Origin: Oscillospiraceae bacterium
GTDB lineage: Bacteria; Bacillota; Clostridia; Oscillospirales; Ruminococcaceae
Direction: 5' to 3'
DNA length: 64,000 bases
Assembly (NCBI GenBank): GCA_045631325.1
Contig: JAZQUO010000060.1
Location: 10,274-74,273 of the forward strand
Shown: in pieces, positions 56,092 to 63,441 of the stretch
Numbering within the stretch: position 1 is the first letter of the stretch
How the letters are laid out: every line of letters starts with the position of its first letter
Notes under the pieces: generated by a model
Seen by the model: only the letters and a program-made list of their open reading frames with translations
What the model was told of the DNA's origin: nothing
The model's database searches: none
Program-made: the position numbers and the translations under genes

Positions 56092-56304
56092 ATGAAGCTT
56101 TTATGCGTTATAACGATTCTTAATATCGTTATGCTTCTTTTGAATGTGTGGCTTCGGATCGACAGCGAGAAAACCCTTGATGAAATTAAAGAACGGACAT
56201 ATACAGAGGGAGCGGGAACCGGAGAAGAATCATTCCACCGTGCCTGCGGCAACGGTCTCCATTCCTTTGACAAGGGAGGTAAATTATGGGCAGACGAAGA
56301 ATGA
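56092..56304 (+). CDS. small phage membrane protein
   Basis: GGAAAGGAG RBS. N-terminal TM is LLCVITILNIVMLLLNVWL. Confidence 0.4.
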   Translation: MKLLCVITILNIVMLLLNVWLRIDSEKTLDEIKERTYTEGAGTGEESFHRACGNGLHSFDKGGKLWADEE

Positions 56305-56630
56305 TGCTTGGAGGGGACAAGGCTCTTGCTGAATTCAGGCATATAAACGGACTTAACAAAGCGGTATGGATCGAAGAAAACGGAAGAAAGATTTTTGATC
56401 CGGAGATTTTTAAAATCCGCAGAAACGAAAAAATTGTTTTTTACATAAACGCGCCGATGGGAAACGGAATTATTAACCTTAACGGGAAAGAGATTTTTAA
56501 GAAAAGGGGAAATGTTTCTTGCGAATTCCCGGTTAAGAAAAACATTCTTATAACGGCGAAAAGGAAAACATATTCTTCGGAATACGGATTTATGATAACG
56601 GATTACGTTATTGAAATTACTGAAAGATAA
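56286..56630 (+). CDS. phage hypothetical protein
   Basis: AGGGAGG RBS. It overlaps the upstream gene by 19 nt. Confidence 0.4.
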   Translation: MGRRRMMLGGDKALAEFRHINGLNKAVWIEENGRKIFDPEIFKIRRNEKIVFYINAPMGNGIINLNGKEIFKKRGNVSCEFPVKKNILITAKRKTYSSEYGFMITDYVIEITER

Positions 56631-56644
56631 GGAGGTGGAGAAAA

Positions 56645-57019
56645 ATGACTGTCAAGGAATGTTTTGAAGAGGCCATAGGTTTTCTTCCGGAACTTCCGGA
56701 AGAAAACCCGGAAATCAAAAAGTTTGCGGTAAACTGGTGCAATTTTTTGCTTTCGGAAACTTTCAGAAACGAAAATTTTTACAGAGAGGCAAACAAAATT
56801 GAAAAGCTTGCCGAAATTCCGAAGCTTGGGAAAATTGAAGACGAGATTCCATATAATGAGGAACTTGTGAAAACGGCTTTTCCATACGGAATGGCAAGAT
56901 TTGTTTTCAGGGAAAACGGCGATATTTCCGGAAGCAGGGAATTTTATCAGCTTTACGTAATTGCGCTTTCGGAAGCAACTCCGGTTGTTTTAAGGGAGGT
57001 TGAAGATATTTACAGATGA
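56645..57019 (+). CDS. phage hypothetical protein
   Basis: GGAGGTGGAG RBS. ATGA overlap with the downstream gene. Confidence 0.45.
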   Translation: MTVKECFEEAIGFLPELPEENPEIKKFAVNWCNFLLSETFRNENFYREANKIEKLAEIPKLGKIEDEIPYNEELVKTAFPYGMARFVFRENGDISGSREFYQLYVIALSEATPVVLREVEDIYR

Positions 57020-58425
57020 ACAGACCACTTAAAACAAAGGACGAACTTAAAGAAGAAACAAGAATGGTTCTTGAGGAGGAGCAGGAAAATTTTGAAAGGG
57101 CGGCGGAGAAAACCGCCGCCAAAGAGGAAAGGGAAAGAGAAACAGGAAGAATTGTTCGGGGAATACTTGAAAAGCCTCTTGGAAAAGCAAAATTTACTGA
57201 CCCAGAACCGGTTTTGTTCAGCGAAGAGGACCGGGAAAAAGACGAAAAAAGCCCGCTTTGGTATAAAGAATTTGAAGAGAATTTAAAGGAAGAAAACGAA
57301 AAAGAAGCGGAAAGCAACGTTAAAAACATTTCGCAAAAAGAGAGCAAAAAGGAAGAAACAAAGTATCTTTCGCCTATGGTAAGGGCAAGCAATCAAAGGT
57401 CAAATAATATATATAACGCATATAAATCCGGAGAAGAATGGCTTATGAGCGAGGATGACGAAGACCTTATAAAAGGGATTATCAACAATATACGCTCGGC
57501 TATAGGAACGGGAGTTGAGGAACTTGCTTATGCTATAAACGATTTTGCGCCCCGGTATAAGCCGGCAAAAGACGTTCTTGAAAAGAACACGGCAGGAATA
57601 ATAAGCGAAAAAGCACAAGAACAGTTCAAAAACGCGAAAGAGAAAGGAGCGGGAGAAAACCTTGTAAACGGACTTGACATATTATCGAAGAACGCGGGTT
57701 ACAATATTTTCGGAGCGAAAGCAGGAAATTATATTGAAGCATTGAGCGAAGGATTCGGAGAATACAAAAAGCTTCGTGAACAGGGTTACAGCAAGGAAGA
57801 AGCGATAAACAAAACTCTTCTGAATATCGGTATTTCGTTTGCGGAAGAGAAACTTTTTGATAAAGCGAATGAGTGGACAAGCAATAAAATTAAATCCGTA
57901 TTAGATTCATATACGAACGGAAAAGCTTTGTCTGCAGGTGGATGGAACGACAAAAGAAATCGGCTGGACAAAATCGAAAGGCGTGATATAATGGAAACAC
58001 AAACAGGTTTTACATGTTTTCCGGATGACTTGCAAAATGAATATGCCAAAAAGATAAAACCAGAAAAATACATGGATAACGGTGTCGAAAAAACGTATTT
58101 CGATGTTGCAATGCATGGAACGCCGCAGGCAGTTGGATTTTGGTCGGAAGAAATGAATATGTCGCCAGGCTTTTTAGCTGAAATAATAACACACAATTCA
58201 AAATACAAAAAAGGTCAAAAAGTTCGTTTGCTATCCTGCAATACAGGTGAAAAAACAGGTAATGGGTATTGTTTTGCTGAAGAATTGGCAAATATAATGG
58301 GAGTTGAAGTAGAAGCACCAAATAAAGATTTATATATGTATCCAACCGGTAAGATGAAGATAGGCTTTTTTAATGAGGGTGAAATGGTTTTGTATAAACC
58401 AAATGACAGGAGGAGATTCAGATGA
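57016..58425 (+). CDS. polymorphic-toxin-like phage protein: charged N-terminus, conserved central region, variable C-terminal domain with His...Cys motif
   Basis: The central segment NLVNGLDILSKNAGYNIFGAKAGNYIEALSEGFGEYKKLREQGYSKEEA is duplicated at 58825. The C-terminal VAMHGTP-x35-VRLLSCNTG...VEVEAPN resembles clan CD (CPD/C80-like) His-Cys order. Confidence 0.55.
   Translation: MNRPLKTKDELKEETRMVLEEEQENFERAAEKTAAKEERERETGRIVRGILEKPLGKAKFTDPEPVLFSEEDREKDEKSPLWYKEFEENLKEENEKEAESNVKNISQKESKKEETKYLSPMVRASNQRSNNIYNAYKSGEEWLMSEDDEDLIKGIINNIRSAIGTGVEELAYAINDFAPRYKPAKDVLEKNTAGIISEKAQEQFKNAKEKGAGENLVNGLDILSKNAGYNIFGAKAGNYIEALSEGFGEYKKLREQGYSKEEAINKTLLNIGISFAEEKLFDKANEWTSNKIKSVLDSYTNGKALSAGGWNDKRNRLDKIERRDIMETQTGFTCFPDDLQNEYAKKIKPEKYMDNGVEKTYFDVAMHGTPQAVGFWSEEMNMSPGFLAEIITHNSKYKKGQKVRLLSCNTGEKTGNGYCFAEELANIMGVEVEAPNKDLYMYPTGKMKIGFFNEGEMVLYKPNDRRRFR
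57656..57803 (+). repeat. 148-bp direct repeat, copy A (inside the full-length toxin gene)
   Basis: Identical at 147/148 positions to 58825..58972; the single mismatch is t/g in gacaTatt versus gacaGatt. Confidence 0.95.
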
Positions 58426-58730
58426 AAGCTTTTGGGTGTTTAAAAGGAATGCCGCATGAGGATTGTAATGAAGAGTTTAACGATTATAAAAAGTATAAAA
58501 ATACAATTCCTAAAGAAAAGGTAATAGAATATCTGGAATCCGACAAGGTTGTAAGGTGTTATGGATTTATGGTATCGAGGGATATGTTTACCGGAGAAAA
58601 AATAGAATGTGGTTTATTGGAAGACGCCGAATATATAATCCCTATGGAATTTCTTCATTATTACAAAAACTATGATATAGGAATCCCTTACGATTATGAG
58701 GAATACCTCAAAAAAATAATTGATTATTAA
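58422..58730 (+). CDS. candidate cognate immunity protein
   Basis: ATGA start/stop overlap with the toxin gene. It is 102 aa, acidic and AT-rich. No family was recognised. Confidence 0.45.
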   Translation: MKAFGCLKGMPHEDCNEEFNDYKKYKNTIPKEKVIEYLESDKVVRCYGFMVSRDMFTGEKIECGLLEDAEYIIPMEFLHYYKNYDIGIPYDYEEYLKKIIDY

Positions 58731-58768
58731 TTATTTTTAAATGAAGGTATTTTTATAGAACCAGGAAA

Positions 58769-58779
58769 CACAAAACGTG
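58769..58779. promoter_or_regulatory. CAC-N5-GTG site (late-region copy 1)
   Basis: aacacaaaacgtgca. The following ..cgatagg parallels 59942..59967. Confidence 0.35.
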
Positions 58780-58791
58780 CACATTGCGATA

Positions 58792-58813
58792 GGCGGCGGA
58801 AAAAACCGCCGCC
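58792..58813 (+). terminator. GC hairpin ggcggcgg-aaaaaa-ccgccgcc (copy 1)
   Basis: 8-bp GC stem. The same sequence recurs at 59899..59919. Confidence 0.55.
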
Positions 58814-58823
58814 GGAGTTTTAG

Positions 58824-59360
58824 CAAAACCTTGTAAACGGACTTGACAGATTATCGAAGAACGCGGGTTACAATATTTTCGGAGCGAAAGCAGGAAATTA
58901 TATTGAAGCATTGAGCGAAGGATTCGGAGAATACAAAAAGCTTCGTGAACAGGGTTACAGCAAGGAAGAAGCAGCGGCAATTTCTCTTGGAAAAATCTCT
59001 TCGGAATTTCTTTTTTCAAAAGCAGACGATTATCTTTTGAAAAACAATACATTGAATAATATTGAAAAAAATAATAAAAGCAATATAATTAATATAGATG
59101 TGCAGTTTTTCGCAGAAAAAGATTTAATGAATCAATCTTCCAATGCTTTAAAACGAGGAATAAGAAGTCTTACAAAAGAAATAAAATTACATGAAGAAAA
59201 AATTAAAAACCCGAAAAACTATGATAGAAACTGGGACACAAAAAGTGAAATTGCCAAGAAAGGTCTTCTTAAACATTGGGAAAAAGAGATAAAAAATCTG
59301 AAAGATTCAATAAACAACAGAATCGAAGAATTGTCAAAAAGGGGAGATTACAATGACTGA
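58824..59360 (+). other. orphan (displaced) toxin C-terminal cassette without its own start
   Basis: The frame opens directly after TAG at 58821..58823. The first 49 codons repeat the central region of the 57016 protein, then diverge into a different ~125-aa C-terminal domain (..KIKNPKNYDRNWDTKSEIAKKGLLKHWEKEIKNL..). There is no RBS or ATG at its 5' end. Confidence 0.6.
58825..58972 (+). repeat. 148-bp direct repeat, copy B (5' end of orphan cassette)
   Basis: See 57656..57803. Confidence 0.95.
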
Positions 59361-59571
59361 TTATGGTTTTCAGTTTATTATTGAAAGAATTTTAAAAAAT
59401 GCATATGAATCTCTTAAGGATGCAGAAGAGAACCCGGGTGTTGAATACTATGAAGGCCATAAAATAGCCCATTATGAAATCCTGGATATCATAAAAGCAG
59501 AGCTTGAAGTTCGGGAAGAAGATTTGAAAGAATACGGTCTTGATATTGACTTGGAACAAGTGTTTTTGTAA
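59353..59571 (+). CDS. candidate immunity protein for the orphan cassette
   Basis: It overlaps the end of the orphan cassette by 8 nt. It is a 72-aa acidic helical protein. Confidence 0.4.
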   Translation: MTDYGFQFIIERILKNAYESLKDAEENPGVEYYEGHKIAHYEILDIIKAELEVREEDLKEYGLDIDLEQVFL

Positions 59572-59608
59572 TCGCGCCAAATTCGTGACCGAAGGAGGAA
59601 ATGAAGAA

Positions 59609-59770
59609 GTGATTGATATTTGGAATCTTAGAGATTATTATGGTAGGATTAAAATTACTACATTAAACGGAAAAGAACACATAGGAACTTTTTGCTGTAT
59701 TTTAGAAAAAGACAAAGATGAAAAATTTATTGATGATATTCTTTATCTCGATTGTGAGGACGGAACATGA
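59609..59770 (+). CDS. small hypothetical ORF (GTG start)
   Basis: GAAGGAGG RBS lies ~10 nt upstream of GTG 59609. The longer 76-aa ORF start lacks an RBS. Confidence 0.3.
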   Translation: MIDIWNLRDYYGRIKITTLNGKEHIGTFCCILEKDKDEKFIDDILYLDCEDGT

Positions 59771-59850
59771 GGAATGTTTAAATGTGAAATAAAAAAGATG
59801 GAAACGATTGATTAAATGAGCAAGCCAATAGTTTTTTTAAAACACAACAA

Positions 59851-59861
59851 CACAAATTGTG
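59851..59861. promoter_or_regulatory. CAC-N5-GTG site (late-region copy 2)
   Basis: aacacaaattgtgtt. Confidence 0.35.
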
Positions 59862-59898
59862 TTATAGACTGAAAACAGCACTTTGAACCTTGAAAAGA

Positions 59899-59919
59899 GG
59901 CGGCGGAAAAAACCGCCGC
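59899..59919 (+). terminator. GC hairpin ggcggcgg-aaaaaa-ccgccgc (copy 2)
   Basis: Same sequence as 58792..58813. Confidence 0.55.
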
Positions 59920-59941
59920 AATATATTTTACAAACAAACAA

Positions 59942-59959
59942 CACGAAATGTGCTATATT
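59942..59959 (+). promoter_or_regulatory. CAC-N5-GTG site (late-region copy 3) overlapping an extended -10 (TGCTATATT) upstream of the lysis genes
   Basis: cacgaaatgtgctatatt. The caaacaaacaacacg flank matches the reverse complement of 45048..45062. Confidence 0.4.
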
Positions 59960-59980
59960 TACGATAGGAAGGAGAAGAGA

Positions 59981-60277
59981 ATGGAGAACGAAGAAATTGC
60001 AAGGGAACATCAGCTTATTTTTGACCTTGCAAAATCGAACAAAAGGAGAATTGATAACCTTGAGGAAGAACAGAAAGAACTGCGGAATTTAACAAACGCG
60101 GTGAGCCAGATGGTCGTTGAACAAAAGAATATGCGCGATGATCTTGCGGAAATGAAAAATGACGTTAAACAGATAAGAGAAAAACCCGGCAAACGTTGGG
60201 AAACGGCGGCGGATAAAGTGCTTACACTTGTTATTGCGGCGGTTGTTGCCTGGATGCTGGGGCAGATTGGACTTTAA
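59981..60277 (+). CDS. XhlA-like lysis-associated protein (coiled coil + C-terminal TM)
   Basis: GGAAGGAG RBS. It has a coiled-coil N-terminus and a C-terminal TM (VLTLVIAAVVAWMLGQIGL). It lies immediately upstream of the holin and amidase genes, as in PBSX-type lysis cassettes. Confidence 0.5.
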   Translation: MENEEIAREHQLIFDLAKSNKRRIDNLEEEQKELRNLTNAVSQMVVEQKNMRDDLAEMKNDVKQIREKPGKRWETAADKVLTLVIAAVVAWMLGQIGL

Positions 60278-60289
60278 GGAGGGAGAACT

Positions 60290-60583
60290 ATGAACATTAT
60301 AAAAAATATCAACTGGAAGGTAAGAATCAGAAATCCGATTTTTTGGGCAACGGTTGTTCCTGCGGCGGTGAGCTTTATTTATTGTGTGCTCGGCGCTTTT
60401 GGAATTGTTCCGGCGCTTACCGAAAATATGGTGCTCAACTTTGTGGGAGCGGTTATCACCATGCTCACAACTCTCGGGGTGCTTGTTGACCCGACCACTT
60501 CGGGAATCAAAGACTCGGCACTTGCTATGACTTACGATTCACCGAGAAAGGACGATTTTTCCGAAGAAGGTTTTGAAGAATGA
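60290..60583 (+). CDS. phage holin (phi LC3 / LL-H-like)
   Basis: The N-terminus is NINWKVRIRNPIFWATVVPA. It has two TM helices, is 97 aa, and sits directly before the endolysin. Confidence 0.7.
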   Translation: MNIIKNINWKVRIRNPIFWATVVPAAVSFIYCVLGAFGIVPALTENMVLNFVGAVITMLTTLGVLVDPTTSGIKDSALAMTYDSPRKDDFSEEGFEE

Positions 60584-61293
60584 AAGCAATTATCGGAATT
60601 GATGCGGGGCACGGCGGAAGTTCTTCCGGAACGTATTCAGTAAACACCGTTTACGACGGACTTTTTGAGAAAGATTTGGCTCTTGAACAGGCGCTTCTTG
60701 TTGAAAAACATCTGCTTCGGAACGGGTTCGGAGTTATTATGACAAGGCGCAGCGACAAAAATCCGGGAAACGTAAACGATCGGGCAAAAATTTGCGTAAA
60801 CGGAAACTGCAATTTTGCGCTTTCGATTCATTTCAACGGATTCGGAACAGAAAGCGCAAACGGAACGGAGGTTTTTGTGCCCTATCAGGAAAAAATTGCG
60901 GAAGTCGAAACGGGATTTTATAATGTCCTCGGGAAATATTTCAAAAGAAGGGCGCCTTTTGCAAGAAGCAATAATTATTATAATCGGAACGAAATTTTCG
61001 ATAAGAAGCTGAACGCCGGAAAAAGGCGTTTTGATGGGTTTTCCGGGGAAAAGGATTATTTCGGTTTTGTAAGAAATTGTTGGAAAAACGGAATTTCCGC
61101 GGACCTTTTGGAAATTTGTTTTCTGACCAATCCGAAGGATTTTAAAACCTATATTGAAAATAGGGAGGAAATTGCGGCAGGAATTGCAAAAAGCATTGTT
61201 GAAGGTTTTGGTGAGGAATTTGTTTTTGAAGAAGAAAAGGAAAAAATTGCCGCAAAACCAAGAATAAGGAGAAAATTTGACGTTTTAAACTGA
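60580..61293 (+). CDS. N-acetylmuramoyl-L-alanine amidase (Amidase_3) endolysin
   Basis: IGIDAGHGG, ALSIHFNGF and NGTEVF blocks. ATGA overlap with the holin gene. Confidence 0.8.
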   Translation: MKAIIGIDAGHGGSSSGTYSVNTVYDGLFEKDLALEQALLVEKHLLRNGFGVIMTRRSDKNPGNVNDRAKICVNGNCNFALSIHFNGFGTESANGTEVFVPYQEKIAEVETGFYNVLGKYFKRRAPFARSNNYYNRNEIFDKKLNAGKRRFDGFSGEKDYFGFVRNCWKNGISADLLEICFLTNPKDFKTYIENREEIAAGIAKSIVEGFGEEFVFEEEKEKIAAKPRIRRKFDVLN

Positions 61294-61337
61294 ATAAAAA
61301 TCGGATTCGGAGAAAAAATAATCCCGAGGTGATTAAA

Positions 61338-61571
61338 ATGAGTCCGAAAAAACAAAAGACGCCGATACCTCATCACGGAAAAAAGGTTAACGATTGGGAA
61401 ACTTTGCGCCCTTATGTGGAAATGGCGGCGCCGCCTCTTCGGGATAATATTGCCGGAGAAGGGGAAGCAAACGCAAAAATCGACCCGAAATGGGGATTCG
61501 GTTATCAGGCAGAACTTTCCGGCAACAATTCAACCTTTTCGCCGGAAGAAAAAAGCCGTGCTCAAAAATGA
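61338..61571 (+). CDS. hypothetical protein (cargo or end of element)
   Basis: GAGGTG RBS precedes the ATG at 61338. The stop lies inside the terminator hairpin. Confidence 0.35.
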   Translation: MSPKKQKTPIPHHGKKVNDWETLRPYVEMAAPPLRDNIAGEGEANAKIDPKWGFGYQAELSGNNSTFSPEEKSRAQK

Positions 61572-61583
61572 GCACGGCTTTTT
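61554..61583 (+). terminator. Rho-independent terminator built on the GTGCTCA/TGAGCAC palindrome
   Basis: agccgtgctca-aaaa-tgagcacggct followed by tttt. An extra half-site tgagcacg lies at 61589..61596. Confidence 0.8.
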
Positions 61584-61612
61584 GAAAATGAGCACGAAAA
61601 ATCGGAGGAAAA

Positions 61613-61789
61613 ATGGACGAGAAAGAATTTGAATTTTATCTTAAAGAAGTTGCGCCAAGCCAGAAAGGATTCCGCAGCGAAGCGGCAAAGAAAGGCGAAA
61701 GAATGTCGCCCCAATGGATGCCGGACGATATCGGAACGGAAGGGTTCGACAAAAACGGCGACACTTTATATTTAAGAAAAATGCATTAA
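61613..61789 (+). CDS. 58-aa ORF below the ORF-track threshold
   Basis: GGAGG RBS lies 4 nt upstream of the ATG (61606..61610). It translates to MDEKEFEFYLKEVAPSQKGFRSEAAKKGERMSPQWMPDDIGTEGFDKNGDTLYLRKMH and ends at a terminator. Confidence 0.4.
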   Translation: MDEKEFEFYLKEVAPSQKGFRSEAAKKGERMSPQWMPDDIGTEGFDKNGDTLYLRKMH

Positions 61790-61817
61790 AAAAGGCACAC
61801 GGAAGTGTGCCTTTTTT
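61790..61817. terminator. bidirectional Rho-independent terminator
   Basis: aaaaaggcacac-ggaa-gtgtgcctttttt. Confidence 0.8.
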
Positions 61818-61827
61818 ATTTAAAATT

Positions 61828-62757
61828 TCAGCAGAAAGCATTTGCAACTTCAAGGAAAATTTCTTCCGCTTTTGCTTCATCGCCATAGTTTCCTTCAACG
61901 TTGATTATATAGTAAACGCCGTCTTTCATGATATAACCGTCGTAAGAGAAGGTGTAATCCAAAGCTTTGTTGCGAAGATAGGAAGTAGTTAAAATATCTT
62001 CGGAATTAACGGGAACAGTTTTTACCATAAGGCATTGTTCTCCGTTTTCAAGGGTGACGTAACTTTCCTCGGATTTTACCGGAACATTATAGCCAAATCC
62101 CAAAGCATAGTTTACTTTCATATAAGGGTTTTCGATGAGCATGTCTGCGGTGATATTTATGCCGATTCCTTCGTGAAGATAACTCGAACACATATTTATG
62201 CTGCTTATGGAAAATTCGTCCTTGTTTCCGGAAAGGTGGAGGAAAGTTGCGGCGTGTTCATAATCAAGGTTTGGAACAACAAGTTTTTCATAACCTATAA
62301 GGGAAGCCGCTTCCGCGGGGCTGTCATAAAAAACGGTGTTGTAATGGCCATAAACCTTATGGAAATCACAGGCGTTGGGTGCTAAATTAAGACATTCGGA
62401 GCATCCGCCGGAATAATCGGTAACACGGGAAAGGCGTTCCTCAAGTTCGTGGAACCTTTCGCCGAAAACGCTTTCAGGAAGATAAACGGGTTCCGCGTTT
62501 TCAATTCGATAGGAATATACCGTATATTCTCTTCCGTATAGATTTTCATAAATTTCTTCGCGGTTTCCAAGAAATTTAAATTCAATCATTTCCGCCACAA
62601 CAGCAATTCCGCTTACCGCAAGAAGACAAATGCAGGCCGCAAGGGCAAGCCATTTTTTAATAGGAACGATTCTTGCGGCTTTTTCTTCGGAATGAACTTC
62701 CGCGATGAATTCGTCATCAATTTCACCGAGAATTTTTGTGAATTTTTCTTCTTTCAT
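61828..62757 (-). CDS. anti-sigma-factor-like single-pass membrane protein
   Basis: 4-nt overlap with the upstream ECF sigma gene. It has a short cytoplasmic N-terminus, a TM (WLALAACICLLAVSGIAVVA) and a ~240-aa extracytoplasmic domain. Confidence 0.5.
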   Translation of the reverse strand: MKEEKFTKILGEIDDEFIAEVHSEEKAARIVPIKKWLALAACICLLAVSGIAVVAEMIEFKFLGNREEIYENLYGREYTVYSYRIENAEPVYLPESVFGERFHELEERLSRVTDYSGGCSECLNLAPNACDFHKVYGHYNTVFYDSPAEAASLIGYEKLVVPNLDYEHAATFLHLSGNKDEFSISSINMCSSYLHEGIGINITADMLIENPYMKVNYALGFGYNVPVKSEESYVTLENGEQCLMVKTVPVNSEDILTTSYLRNKALDYTFSYDGYIMKDGVYYIINVEGNYGDEAKAEEIFLEVANAFC

Positions 62758-63314
62758 AATTCAAAACCCCTTTCTTTAAGGTGTTTTATAAGTTTCGTTC
62801 TGGTTCGGTTAAGGGTGTTCCGGATATAAATTTTGTTTTTGCCGGTTCGTTTTGAAATTTCTTCCGCGCTTTCAAAAAACCAATAGCGTGCAACGAAAAT
62901 TTTTCGCTTTTCTTTCGGAAGCGAAGCAAGAAAGGCGTTTATTTCGGAAATAAGTTCCGTTTCCTCAATTTTTTCTTCCGGGTTTTCTTTGCCGGAAACA
63001 AATTCGGAAATTTCGTCAAGAACCGCAAAAGTTTCGTTTCCGCCGCGCTTTTCGGCGTTTTTCTTCCGGAAATTATTAAGAGCGATGTTTCTTGAAATTT
63101 TTCCAATAAAAGCGGAAAGATTTTCCGGGCGTTTCGGCGGAATTGAATTCCAAAGCACCAACAGAACGTCGTTAAGACATTCCTTTGCGTCCTCTTCGTT
63201 TCCAAGAACGTTTTTTGCGATTGAAACGCAAAGTTTTCCGAATTTTTCTTCCGTTTCAGGAATAGCCTCTTCGCTTCGGGAAAAATAAAGTTCAATTATT
63301 CTTTCGTCTTCCAT
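62754..63314 (-). CDS. ECF-type RNA polymerase sigma-70 family factor
   Basis: Region 2 is DAKECLNDVLLVLWNSIP...LSAFIGKISRNIALNNFRK. Region 4 is LPKEKRKIFVARYWFFESAEEISKRTGKNKIYIRNTLNRTRTKL. The ATG at 63314 follows AAAGGAGG. Confidence 0.8.
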   Translation of the reverse strand: MEDERIIELYFSRSEEAIPETEEKFGKLCVSIAKNVLGNEEDAKECLNDVLLVLWNSIPPKRPENLSAFIGKISRNIALNNFRKKNAEKRGGNETFAVLDEISEFVSGKENPEEKIEETELISEINAFLASLPKEKRKIFVARYWFFESAEEISKRTGKNKIYIRNTLNRTRTKLIKHLKERGFEL

Positions 63315-63404
63315 TATAAAACCGAAACCTCCTTTCAATTTAATTTCAAAGGCCTTCAACCATATAATCGCAATTTTTGAGGAAAGTTCTCACAAAATTT
63401 TAAC

Positions 63405-63441
63405 AAAAAACGCCTTTTTTTGAAAAAAGGCGCAGATTTTT
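63405..63441 (-). terminator. Rho-independent terminator of the TRIC-family gene
   Basis: cgcctttttt-tg-aaaaaaggcg, with a T-run on the minus strand. Confidence 0.7.

Larger units (their letters stand above)
44262..61800 (+). mobile_element. compact phage-like element / defective prophage (~17.5 kb); boundaries approximate
   Basis: It contains repressor, TerS, TerL, scaffold-like, capsid, portal-like, fibre, toxin/immunity and XhlA-holin-amidase genes. No integrase, excisionase, replication, tail tube, sheath or tape-measure genes are recognisable. Unrelated chromosomal genes flank it. Confidence 0.7.

Noticed and set aside
59540-59770. 76-aa ORF as a third immunity gene, and the TGA-separated 13-codon continuation at 59769..59815
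   Set aside because: The long form starts inside the previous gene's 3' end without an RBS. Only the GTG at 59609 has an SD. The product is small and unassignable, so I listed it only as a low-confidence ORF. I made no claim of read-through at the TGA.
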